A stretch of DNA of 28,670 nucleotides, taken from IMG/VR virus record IMGVR_UViG_3300006802_000396, positions 1 to 28,670 of that record. One strand, given 5' to 3'. Shown in pieces: positions 9,728 through 18,287 of the stretch. A model generated the notes under the pieces. The model saw nothing but the letters and a program-made list of their open reading frames with translations. It was not told where the DNA came from and did no database searches. Origin of the DNA: a virus (lineage: Duplodnaviria > Caudoviricetes). The position numbers and the translations under genes are program-made. Position 1 is the stretch's first letter. The number at the start of each line of letters is the position of its first letter.

Positions 9728-11499
9728 TATTCGTTCCCCAGGTCAAGCAGGATCTGTTCTGCCTTGTTGCCAAACAGTGCGCTGTTTTGCGCGACAAAGT
9801 TGACGATCTCTTGGTTCGTGTAGTCGCCGCCCTTCATATACGAGATCAGGGCGTCTGCTGGCATTTGTTCAGCCATCTGCGCGGACACCATGTCCGAGAG
9901 AGGGGTGCGAGCGGCGAGGCTGTCGCGGATCCGGTCGACCTCCTCGCGGATGATCTGGGAGACGGCGGTGCGGGTCACACGCTCACCGGCCTCCTCGAGA
10001 TCAACGATCTTGTCGAGGACGTTGAGGCGAGCCTCGCGGAAACGCTCCTGGCTCTGGTCGTCGGACGCCATCCACGCGTTCGTCGATGGATCCGGCAGGC
10101 CAGCGGCGGCCATGAGGTTCGTCATGCCCTCCTGAAACACCGCGAAGTTGCGGTAGTGGTTTGCATCCTGCGTCTGCTCAAAGAGTTTTGCCAGCTCGGC
10201 AACGTCCTCCCTGCTGAACCGCTCGTCATCGAGCAGGCCAAAAATATCCTCGCTCCGCCAAGGCATACCCGTGTCGGGGTTGTCCAGGCCCAGCTCGAGT
10301 GTCGTCTCAAAGAACGCGAGGTAGGTCGGGTCGGTGTAGCCAGCGTTCCAGCTTTCGAGGCGTCCGCGCATCTTGTCGATGGTCGCGGCGTCGATGGCCG
10401 GATTGAGCTTCGCGGCCTCGAGCAGTGCCTGCCCTACCAGGAAGTCATCGGCCAGCATGAACTGACGCAGGGCGTCGTCGTTGACCTGCTCCTGATTGCG
10501 GTCGAACTGGCTCTGGGAAAAAGTGATAGCCGAGCGGCGAGCTGCCTCGATCTGGCGCATCTCGGTAAAGAGCTTCTGCTGGTCGGCGGGGGTCAGCATA
10601 TCGGCAAGGTAGATCGGGACGTCCTCGCCGGTATCAGGATCTGACACCGTGATGGATGGACCCATGCCGTTCTCCAGTGCAGCCAGAGCAGCCACGCCCT
10701 GCCCGGCCGCGACCATGTCGGTGTACCACCCGAGCGAGCCGTAGTAGGCGACGTCGGTGCGGAACTGCTCCAGCGCCTTTGCCTGTGTCAGGGGATCGAA
10801 GGCCGGAACCTCATTGCCAAACGCATCTTGGATGGTCGAGCTGTAGGTGGCCGAGAGCTGCCCCTGCATGGCCGCAATGGACGTCATCGCAGCCTCGCGC
10901 ACGGCAGGGTCGCTGCTGGTCAGGAGGGTGGCGCTCTCCTGCAGGTCGAGCTGGATCCGCTGGTTGAGCAGGTACGCATCCGCCTCGGCCTGGGCCTGCG
11001 CTACGCTGAGAAAGTTTGAGTTTGCCTTCGTGATGGCCGACTGGGCGTAGATCCCATACTGGGCCTCAAACACGCCACGCAGCTCGGGGGGCATTTCCGC
11101 TGCCGCTCCGAGCTTGTAGGCCTCGAGCGCCGTTGACAGCCCCTCCGGGTCGTTGGGGTGCGCCGCCGACAGCTCGGCAATCTTCGTGCGGGCGTCGAGG
11201 TCCACGCGGTTCTGGTAAGCCGACAGGGCGCTGTCGGTGTAGCTCGCACCGTAGATGGTCGGGGCGTAGAGCTGCTGGTTGTCGAGTGTCCCACCATAGC
11301 CGTCGACCAGGCCGCGACGTGCGCCCTCGATCCTGGCGTTGTCGTCGAGGCGCTGGTTTGTGACGAGCGTCACCTTTCGCGTCATCTCGCCCATCATGCG
11401 CAGGCTGTCGGCGGCGCTGCTCGCAAAGGTCAGCGTCGGGACCGACGAGATGTTTCCCTGGTTGACGATCTGCTGGTCGGCATTGATCCGCGTCACCAT
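9727..11499 (-). CDS. Internal virion protein (gp15-like position)
   Basis: Helical Ala/Gln-rich protein. Start placed at ATG 11499 (TGATG overlap, GGAGG RBS) rather than the ORF-track start 11565. TAATG-coupled to the giant gene. Confidence 0.75.
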   Translation of the reverse strand: MVTRINADQQIVNQGNISSVPTLTFASSAADSLRMMGEMTRKVTLVTNQRLDDNARIEGARRGLVDGYGGTLDNQQLYAPTIYGASYTDSALSAYQNRVDLDARTKIAELSAAHPNDPEGLSTALEAYKLGAAAEMPPELRGVFEAQYGIYAQSAITKANSNFLSVAQAQAEADAYLLNQRIQLDLQESATLLTSSDPAVREAAMTSIAAMQGQLSATYSSTIQDAFGNEVPAFDPLTQAKALEQFRTDVAYYGSLGWYTDMVAAGQGVAALAALENGMGPSITVSDPDTGEDVPIYLADMLTPADQQKLFTEMRQIEAARRSAITFSQSQFDRNQEQVNDDALRQFMLADDFLVGQALLEAAKLNPAIDAATIDKMRGRLESWNAGYTDPTYLAFFETTLELGLDNPDTGMPWRSEDIFGLLDDERFSREDVAELAKLFEQTQDANHYRNFAVFQEGMTNLMAAAGLPDPSTNAWMASDDQSQERFREARLNVLDKIVDLEEAGERVTRTAVSQIIREEVDRIRDSLAARTPLSDMVSAQMAEQMPADALISYMKGGDYTNQEIVNFVAQNSALFGNKAEQILLDLGNE

Positions 11500-12122
11500 C
11501 AGGTGGTGCCTCCGCGGTTGTAGTAGCTCATCCCGGCGTCGAGGCCTCCGCTCACAGCCGACCACAGACCCGCGTCGCGCGTCGAGCTGGCCTGGTTTCG
11601 CGCCTGTCGCGCCTGCGTCCGTCGTGTTGCCGAGCGCATGATGGCGTCGTCGCGCGTGATGCCGAGCTGGTAGTCAGCCTCGTTCATGGCGTCGATGGAG
11701 GCTTGACTGATCGATCCCTCTCCTCCGAGACCGGAGGCGTATCCTGCGGCGATGTTTGCAGCCATCACCTTGTTGAGCTGCCTGCGCTGCTCGACCGCCT
11801 CCTGCTTGCCCTTGAGGATCTCCTGCCGCGCACCGAAGTCGGACCACAGGGCGCTCTCTTCCAGGGACGCAGCCTGGGCGTTTGCCTGCCCCATGCCCAT
11901 CAGTCCGCTTGCGATGCTCGATGCAAACGACAGTCCCTGCAGGGCGGTGATGCCGCCAAACAGGCTCGAGGATCCCGCGAGTGCGAGAGCCGGTGCCGTT
12001 GCACCCGCCGCCAGGCCACCCGCCAGGCCGCCGCCCGCGAGAAGGCCACCAGCAGCCGCACCGGCCCCGCCGGCCGTTCCGGCCGCCGCGCTCACTGCCA
12101 TCATCGCCGTAACTGGTTCCAT
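11499..12122 (-). CDS. Internal virion protein (gp14-like position)
   Basis: MEPVT start, Gly/Ala-rich hydrophobic N-terminus followed by a coiled region and 'ASGLGGEGS'; follows the nozzle gene. Confidence 0.75.
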   Translation of the reverse strand: MEPVTAMMAVSAAAGTAGGAGAAAGGLLAGGGLAGGLAAGATAPALALAGSSSLFGGITALQGLSFASSIASGLMGMGQANAQAASLEESALWSDFGARQEILKGKQEAVEQRRQLNKVMAANIAAGYASGLGGEGSISQASIDAMNEADYQLGITRDDAIMRSATRRTQARQARNQASSTRDAGLWSAVSGGLDAGMSYYNRGGTT

Positions 12123-12124
12123 CT

Positions 12125-14362
12125 CTACACTCCAACCCGATAGGCCGCCGCGAGAACATTAAGCGGCAGCGATTTGTCTTGCCCAAACGTCACCGACGCT
12201 TCCTCGGTCCAGCCGAGGATCCCGGCGACCTTCTTCTCGCCAGTATAGACGGGAGGAGCCTCGTCGAGGAGCGAGGATCCGAACGCGCGGAACGCCACCT
12301 CATTGCCGTTGACAATCAGGTGCGAGCTGTCCTTGACCTTGACCGTGCAGTCCACGATCCGCTTCTTGCGGCCGACCGACGTCCCTTCGGGGAGAGCCTC
12401 CTCGACCGGCATAGTCTTGACCATAACCTGCATCCCCGTCCCATAGTCGACGTGGTCGGCGTCGAGGTAGAGCGACACGTCGGGGAAGGGTAGACCCACC
12501 TGATAGCTTGTCGAGGCATCGCGTGTGAACGTGACGCCTCCCGAGCCGGACATTGTCTGTTGCTCCTGAATGGCACCGTCGAGGATGATGTCGACAGCCT
12601 CCCCGGCGAGGTGCGTGGCTCCGGCCAGGGATCCCGTGGCGACACTCAGGGCGAGGTCATAGCTCGCCGCGTCAACCTGCAGGGATGTGTTGAATTTTTC
12701 GAGATAGAGGCCGTCGGCCCCGTTGATCGACCGCTCGACCGCGAAGTAGCTCTCCTCGAGGAGAGCCGCCACGGCTTTGAACTCACCGTCGGTGTGGATT
12801 GACGTCCACCCGGCGATGTCCTGGCTGCGCAGGGTGCAAAGGGCTGACATCCGGCCATCGCCGTTGATGACCCAGACGTAGTCGGCCTCGTCGGTCGAGA
12901 TAGCCTTGCGCAGGGCCATGTCCACCGGACCGGTCAGGAGGTGTGACGATAGCAGTGAGATCGGGATCGCGCTGTAGGCCAGCTCTGTTTCGGTGAACAG
13001 GAACTCTCGAACGGTCTTGCCGCCACGCTGCACGAAGATAATGCCGCCGTCGGCCTCGACCACCCTGGGGCCGCGCTTGGACCCACGCGAGCTGTTGCGA
13101 CGAGCAACGATGTTCGTCGGCGTTACCGCCTCGTTCTCGCTGATCGGGATGTACCATTCCGACGAGCTGGTGAAGAGGGTGAGGTGGCGCCCCGGATAGA
13201 TGTTCCAGATGGCAGCCACGCCCGCGCTGTCGAGCGTGACGTCGATGCCCATGTCGTCATCGGTCGAGCTGGTGTCGAAATCGTTAAAGTCGCCAGACTT
13301 GGACGCCCAGATCGTCTGGGGTCGGGACTTGGACCCGCCGAACCAGAGGCGTCCCTGGAAGAACGTGCAGCTCACCGGCCACCCGCGCGTGGTGGACCAG
13401 ACAGCCTCGGCGCCGGATCCGAAGTCCTTGGTCGGGATGTTGCTCAACGTCCACGCTGCGGGCTGCCACTCGTCGTGATCGCCCGAGCGCGTGATCGAGG
13501 TGGGGGTCACGTCGGGATGCACCACGAGCAGGGTGTCGAGATCCTGCTCCCAGTTGATAGAGGTGATCCCCAGGTCCGCGTCGGTGGTCGAGAGCTGGGC
13601 GGATGTCCACGGCACAGGCACGTCGGCCTGGCGCACACCATCCTTGTAGACCCTGCAGTTGCGATCGGTGAACGCCAGGAGGTAGGTCTGCGTGATCGAG
13701 AACTCGAACGGCACGAGGCGCACGGCAGAGATGGACGTGCCCTCGTTCCATGCATACAGCTCGTTGATCTCAAAGTGGTTGGTGCCTGCGTCGGTGGTGC
13801 CGATGCGGATCAGGCGGACATACCGCTTGCCGTTGAGGCGGAGGCGATAGTCGCGCAGGTTTTCCGAGATCTCCGAGAAGATATGCTCGACCGTGGTCCA
13901 GCTCGATGCATCGTCGCTGTCTTGAAGGCGCACCTCTTCGGTCAGGATGGGGGGCGTTCCCGCCGCGTTAACGCCAAGGCCGATGATGTCGAGATAGTCG
14001 GGGCATGCCGCAGCCGTGGCGAAGTCGATCTGGAAGATGATGAAGTTGTCGGTGGTGCCGGGGGGTGTCGTCGAGGCCTTCGTTGTCTCGTCGTCGTCAG
14101 TCAGGTTGCCCACACTCGTCGAGCCGACGTCGTTGGGCATCGTCACCGTGAAGCCGGAGAACGATTGCGTCGTCAGCGTGTAGGGCAGCTTGCCGACGTA
14201 TTCCAGGCCGGGCCTGCGAACGAAGCCTCCCTGGGGCTGCGACAGGACGTTGCGCATCAGCTCCGCGCCGTTGCGGTAGCCCTTGAAGTCCACGCGACCA
14301 CGCAGGAGCGGATCCAGCTCACCGGTCGTGAAGGCCGTCTTGATTGCGTGAACGCGAGCCAT
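12125..14362 (-). CDS. Tail tubular protein B / nozzle (T7 gp12-like, P22 gp10-like)
   Basis: N-terminal F..GELDP.L.GR.D...Y..G...N....QGG..RRPG and internal WP...FFQGRLWFGG..P.TIW.SK.GDF.DF motifs. Confidence 0.9.
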   Translation of the reverse strand: MARVHAIKTAFTTGELDPLLRGRVDFKGYRNGAELMRNVLSQPQGGFVRRPGLEYVGKLPYTLTTQSFSGFTVTMPNDVGSTSVGNLTDDDETTKASTTPPGTTDNFIIFQIDFATAAACPDYLDIIGLGVNAAGTPPILTEEVRLQDSDDASSWTTVEHIFSEISENLRDYRLRLNGKRYVRLIRIGTTDAGTNHFEINELYAWNEGTSISAVRLVPFEFSITQTYLLAFTDRNCRVYKDGVRQADVPVPWTSAQLSTTDADLGITSINWEQDLDTLLVVHPDVTPTSITRSGDHDEWQPAAWTLSNIPTKDFGSGAEAVWSTTRGWPVSCTFFQGRLWFGGSKSRPQTIWASKSGDFNDFDTSSTDDDMGIDVTLDSAGVAAIWNIYPGRHLTLFTSSSEWYIPISENEAVTPTNIVARRNSSRGSKRGPRVVEADGGIIFVQRGGKTVREFLFTETELAYSAIPISLLSSHLLTGPVDMALRKAISTDEADYVWVINGDGRMSALCTLRSQDIAGWTSIHTDGEFKAVAALLEESYFAVERSINGADGLYLEKFNTSLQVDAASYDLALSVATGSLAGATHLAGEAVDIILDGAIQEQQTMSGSGGVTFTRDASTSYQVGLPFPDVSLYLDADHVDYGTGMQVMVKTMPVEEALPEGTSVGRKKRIVDCTVKVKDSSHLIVNGNEVAFRAFGSSLLDEAPPVYTGEKKVAGILGWTEEASVTFGQDKSLPLNVLAAAYRVGV

Positions 14363-14973
14363 CAGCCACGCGCCGTGATCAGGGTGTAGTCCTGGACCAC
14401 CTTGGTGGGCTGCTGCACCCGGTCTGTCCGCTTGGCGAGCTTGAACAGGCCGCCGTGTTCGCCCTTCACGCCACCCGGCCCCCAGGCGTCCCGCGCAAAC
14501 TTGGTCTGCATGTTGACCTGGTCGGTGATCGGGATGGCGATCTCGGCGGCAAAGCCGGTGACGATCAGCTCCTGCAGGTAGGCGGGCATGAGGCTCTCGT
14601 CGAGATCGGCAATGTACTCGATCCAGACGGCCGTCTTGTCCGTCTCCAGTGTGCGACCGAACAGCTCAAAATCCTTGGTCGGGATAGGGTGGCCGGTCGA
14701 GGCGCTGTCATAGACCGCCACCATGCGCAGGAAGTCGGTGGGCAGGTGGTAGGCGTAGGCATGCTCGTTGATCGGGCTGGTGTCAGAGCGCGTCAGCTTG
14801 GAGCGACGCTTCGCGCAGAACCAGTCGTGGATCTCGAGGATGAAGAGCTTGAAGCCGGGATAGTTGTTGCCGCAGATCGTCGCTGCGTCGGTGCCATCGC
14901 TGAACGAGGAGATGGCCTTCTCGCCGAGACGGAGCAGGGACTGCGAGGAAAGATCAATGTCGGAAGTAGCCAT
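14362..14973 (-). CDS. Tail tubular protein A / head-tail adaptor (T7 gp11-like)
   Basis: Motifs L..LGE..ISS...A..C...Y and H.W.....R..L and YAY.LP.DFLR; located between decoration and nozzle genes. Confidence 0.88.
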   Translation of the reverse strand: MATSDIDLSSQSLLRLGEKAISSFSDGTDAATICGNNYPGFKLFILEIHDWFCAKRRSKLTRSDTSPINEHAYAYHLPTDFLRMVAVYDSASTGHPIPTKDFELFGRTLETDKTAVWIEYIADLDESLMPAYLQELIVTGFAAEIAIPITDQVNMQTKFARDAWGPGGVKGEHGGLFKLAKRTDRVQQPTKVVQDYTLITARG

Positions 14974-14984
14974 GTCACCTCACT

Positions 14985-15023
14985 AGAGAAAAGGGGCGAC
15001 CCGCCGTGAAACGAGCCGCCCCT
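14985..15023 (-). terminator. Rho-independent terminator after capsid/decoration genes
   Basis: Minus-strand RNA AGGGGCGGCUCGU-UUCACG-GCGGGUCGCCCCU-UUUCUCU: long GC stem with G-U pairs plus U-rich tail, in the T7 Tphi-equivalent position. Confidence 0.8.
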
Positions 15024-15044
15024 GTTCCGTTCAAGCGGTCAGCA

Positions 15045-15623
15045 TCAGGTGCGACGCATCAGCACCGTGATCTGAGCGACCGAGGCGGTGGAAGATCCAC
15101 CATCCGTCTCGATCTCGACCGTTGCACCAGCCGCCACCGCCGTGTTGGACGATGCCGCCAGGGTGTCAACGTCACCAGGGGCCGAGCCAGAGTAGGCAAC
15201 CGTGATGGTGCCGACCGTGCCTGCGGCCGTCTTCACGGTCAGCGTGGCATCCGCTGTCGTGATGGCGGTGTTGATCACACTCGAAACCGAGACCACCTCG
15301 GCCGCCACAGGCGACACGATGTAGACCTGACCGGCCGTCGAGATGTCGGTGATCTGCCCCGTCAGGATGAACGTGTCAGCCCCGATGGGTGCAGACGTCA
15401 CGACCCCTGCCGAGCTGGTCACTTCATACCAGGCCGAACCATCGGAGGCGTTGACGTAGATGACGTCGCCCGACGTGAGCATGTAGGCGATGTCGTTGAA
15501 ATAGCCCGACGCCGCGATTGTGGCGAGGGCATCCGCCGTGGAGGCATAGGTCCAGAGGACCGGGCTGTCTCCACGACCACCCGGCGAACCACCGGGATTG
15601 AGCTTGGTTTTATCGAGAGCCAT
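15045..15623 (-). CDS. Capsid decoration/cement-like virion protein
   Basis: Directly after the major capsid gene, strong AGGAGG RBS, Thr/Ala/Val/Ser-rich beta protein with 'DALATIAASGYFN...GDVIYV'. Confidence 0.65.
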   Translation of the reverse strand: MALDKTKLNPGGSPGGRGDSPVLWTYASTADALATIAASGYFNDIAYMLTSGDVIYVNASDGSAWYEVTSSAGVVTSAPIGADTFILTGQITDISTAGQVYIVSPVAAEVVSVSSVINTAITTADATLTVKTAAGTVGTITVAYSGSAPGDVDTLAASSNTAVAAGATVEIETDGGSSTASVAQITVLMRRT

Positions 15624-15635
15624 GAGCGTGTCCTC

Positions 15636-16484
15636 CTATGCTTCGTAGGTGGAAACGTCAACGATGCCGCCTGCGTCGATGTCAATCGCGCCTGCAGAAA
15701 AGATGCCGTTTGCCAGCCACGAGGTTTTCTCGGGGATCCAGTCCACGCTGGTGCTGAACTCGATACCGACCGCGAGGCCGATTGCACCCATGGCACCGCC
15801 GTGGAAGGCGAAGTTGGTACGCGTGTTCGTGGACAGGGTGAGGCCGCCCTCGTCACGATCTTCAACGAAGTAGAACGTGAAGCCGAGGAACGTGTTGATC
15901 TCGCCCGACGTGAGAGCGCGGACCGAATTGTAGTCCGCACTGGTGACCTCGGTCTCGCCGAGGAGCTGCTCATTGCCAATGGTATGAGCCACCATGGCGC
16001 GATCCTTCGCAGGGACGCCGTTCGTGTCGAGGAGCTGCTTGGCGCGGCGGAGCTTCGCCACGTTCAAGCCGGTGTTGGAACCGCCGACGGACGTTGCAAC
16101 GGTCAGGCTCGTCGAGGCCGCATCAAGGGCATCGATGATGAGCTGATCGCAGCGACGGCCAATCGCACCAGCGATCACCATGGCGAGCTGCTGGCGCTCG
16201 CTGTAGTTGACCTTCTGCTGGTCGAAGATGTCGGTGTACTCGGGGGCGTTCCAGTCCTCGAGGGTGGCCGTGCGGTTCGTGTGGGCAATGTTCATCGGGA
16301 CGACGTCCGTCTGAGGGACGCGGGGCGTTGCCATACCCTTCCCCATTTTGGGGAAACGGTGCGTCGAGCCGACAACACCCGTGCGAACGCGAGCCGTGGG
16401 GCGGAGCATCTCCATACCCTGGTACTCGTGTTTCACTTCGGTGTCGAACTGGGCGACCGCTGCGTCGGTGAGTTGCTTTGACAT
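15636..16484 (-). CDS. Major capsid protein
   Basis: QF..EVK..YQG...LR...R.R..V.GS...FP..G pattern and AIGRR.DQLIIDAL resemble BPP-1/HTVC010P-type capsids; follows the scaffold; biased codon usage. Confidence 0.92.
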   Translation of the reverse strand: MSKQLTDAAVAQFDTEVKHEYQGMEMLRPTARVRTGVVGSTHRFPKMGKGMATPRVPQTDVVPMNIAHTNRTATLEDWNAPEYTDIFDQQKVNYSERQQLAMVIAGAIGRRCDQLIIDALDAASTSLTVATSVGGSNTGLNVAKLRRAKQLLDTNGVPAKDRAMVAHTIGNEQLLGETEVTSADYNSVRALTSGEINTFLGFTFYFVEDRDEGGLTLSTNTRTNFAFHGGAMGAIGLAVGIEFSTSVDWIPEKTSWLANGIFSAGAIDIDAGGIVDVSTYEA

Positions 16485-16489
16485 GGGTC

Positions 16490-16724
16490 AATCTCTCCGG
16501 TTGATGATGGGTTCATCGCCGAACGATTGCCGTTGCCTATGTCTGGGTCAGGACGTCGCCCTGATTGCCGAGGCGGATGGGTCGTCTGCTCCAGATTAGA
16601 GGCTCTGGTGGGCCTTCTGGTGGTTGCCGCGCAAGGGCGAGCCGCAGTGGGCGGGGGCGAGGCACAGGAGGGAACCCAAACCCCGCCCCCTGGGTGCTAA
16701 AGCCTTTGGGGGGCCACCAGCACC
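16490..16724 (-). ncRNA. Candidate structured RNA / capsid leader with anti-RBS loop
   Basis: Hairpin 1 (16693-16724) and hairpin 2 (16653-16690, 10-bp stem, 18-nt loop UUUGGGUUCCCUCCUGUG). All non-Watson-Crick pairs are G-U only on the minus strand. Further small stems lie downstream. Confidence 0.55.
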
Positions 16725-16727
16725 TTG

Positions 16728-16756
16728 CTTATACGCCTGACGTGTGCCGGGCGCAA
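16728..16756 (-). promoter_or_regulatory. Putative sigma70-type late promoter
   Basis: TTGCGC-17 nt-TATAAG on the minus strand, immediately after the scaffold stop and upstream of the structured leader. Confidence 0.55.
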
Positions 16757-16761
16757 GATTG

Positions 16762-17595
16762 TCATTGACCTCCCGTGAGAGCCACGAAGCCGCGAGACAC
16801 CTCGTCGCGGTACTGCTCGCCGATGGGGCTGTCCTCGCTGTAGCGCGGATCCTTCATCATTTCCGCCAGCTCGGCCCTGGTTTTCATGCCGCCGTTCGAG
16901 CGCATGGTGTTGGTCGGGATCGGCTTCTCTCCGGCCTGCTCACGCAGGGCGTTGAGGGTTTGCAGGCCAAGCGCCGACATGCCCATCTGACGTGCGGCAA
17001 GATACTGGTCCTCGTTCAGGGTGCCGTCGGCATGCATGCGGTCGAGCCAGTTCTTGTTGGTCGCGATCAGGTTCTTGGCGTCGTCAATCGTCGGCATGCC
17101 CAGCGCCTCGATCTCCCGGTCGAGATCAAATGGCTCTGGCATGAGGCCGTCGAAGGCGAACATCGCATCGGAGACCAGGGACTTGAACTGCTTGTCGGTC
17201 AGGCCGTTCTTGTGGGCAACCTCGGCAAACGCCAGGAGTGCGGGGTCGTCGCCAGCCACCTCGCGGATCCGCTCGAGGGTCTTCTTGTCGTCACCCTCGC
17301 CGCGCTCCCGCTCGATCTTGAAGTCCTCGAGGTAGCCATCAGGGCTGTCGGGCGTCTTGCCCAAGCCCTTCCTGCCCTTGTTGAACTCAGCCCGCAGGTC
17401 GTTGTAGCTCTTCGCCAGCTTCTCGCCGTTCAGCTCGTTCTTCTCGGCGTTCCAGAATTGCTCGGGCGCCCAGTCGGGACGCGTCGGCTTGCCATCGTCT
17501 CTCGGCTCAGACGCGGCCTCCTGCTCGGTGTTCGTCGTCGTCTGCTGTTCGTCGCCAGCCACGCCCATGAGGCCGTCGTTGTTGTCGTCAGGCAT
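16762..17595 (-). CDS. Capsid scaffolding protein
   Basis: Acidic protein with RPDW.PE.FW...LAKSY..L and C-terminal EL..MM.DPRY motifs; between portal and capsid. Start set at ATG 17595 (GGAGGG RBS). Confidence 0.85.
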   Translation of the reverse strand: MPDDNNDGLMGVAGDEQQTTTNTEQEAASEPRDDGKPTRPDWAPEQFWNAEKNELNGEKLAKSYNDLRAEFNKGRKGLGKTPDSPDGYLEDFKIERERGEGDDKKTLERIREVAGDDPALLAFAEVAHKNGLTDKQFKSLVSDAMFAFDGLMPEPFDLDREIEALGMPTIDDAKNLIATNKNWLDRMHADGTLNEDQYLAARQMGMSALGLQTLNALREQAGEKPIPTNTMRSNGGMKTRAELAEMMKDPRYSEDSPIGEQYRDEVSRGFVALTGGQ

Positions 17596-17986
17596 GCTTT
17601 GCCCTCCAGAGCTTGAGGTATGAGGCGGCCTCGCGCAGCTCGACCTCGGATCCGGGGACGCCCGCAGCAATCACAATATCGACCGCGTCCTTGAGGGGTG
17701 TGCGCTCCAGGGGCTCGGGCTCGACCGGCCCAGGGGTCACCTCGTGCACCGGGCTCGAGATCTGGACGGTGGCCTCGGCCTCCTCCTTCGCCTTCCGCTT
17801 TGCGTCAGCGGCCTTGCCCTGCGTCCAGTCGGCCAGACCCTTGTCGTCGATGTCCTTTCGGCTCACCGCCCGGCCGAGGATCTCCTTGACCGCATTGAGG
17901 TTGGGTAGGCCGGTCTTGGTCCAGTGCGCCTCGACGTCTGGGTCCAGGCCCGCAACCACCTCTTCTAAAGTCAGGTCAGCACTCAT
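17588..17986 (-). CDS. Hypothetical head-module protein
   Basis: 132 aa with a small helical motif HWTKTGLP...V..ILGR.VSR.DI seen in phage head-region proteins; coupled at both ends. Confidence 0.7.
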   Translation of the reverse strand: MSADLTLEEVVAGLDPDVEAHWTKTGLPNLNAVKEILGRAVSRKDIDDKGLADWTQGKAADAKRKAKEEAEATVQISSPVHEVTPGPVEPEPLERTPLKDAVDIVIAAGVPGSEVELREAASYLKLWRAKHA

Positions 17987-18276
17987 CGTTCCTCCTTCGC
18001 GCGTTCCATGCGCTTCTCGATGTCCCGCACCAGATCCCGCTGACCTTCCCGGTAGACGAGCTGGTCACGAAACTCCAGCCCGATACCGGTCAGTGTGGGG
18101 TGCGGCCCCGATGCTTCGATGGTGACGTCGCGCAGCCACTGCAGGACGCGGCGACCTCGGGGCGTGGTGAAGGCTCCGAGGATGTCGCGGTCCAGGTCGC
18201 GGCGTTCATCAACGTCGGTTTTGTCCGGTCGGGCTGCCTCGAGCCCAGACCATCCGTTCTCACTGAAAACTGGCAT
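17983..18276 (-). CDS. Conserved post-portal protein (Bbp19-like)
   Basis: F.TP.G.RVL..L...EGQR.LV..I pattern; directly downstream of the portal; AACAGGAGGGAAC RBS. Confidence 0.75.
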   Translation of the reverse strand: MPVFSENGWSGLEAARPDKTDVDERRDLDRDILGAFTTPRGRRVLQWLRDVTIEASGPHPTLTGIGLEFRDQLVYREGQRDLVRDIEKRMERAKEER

Positions 18277-18287
18277 GTTCCCTCCTG

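Noticed and set aside
11990-12110. GCC-rich quasi-repeats
   Set aside because: Encode the Gly/Ala-rich N-terminus of the internal virion protein.
16664-16690. Plus-strand gene or terminator using ACAGGAGGG at 16664
   Set aside because: No start codon at usable spacing, no U-tract after the hairpin, and the stems pair better on the minus strand.
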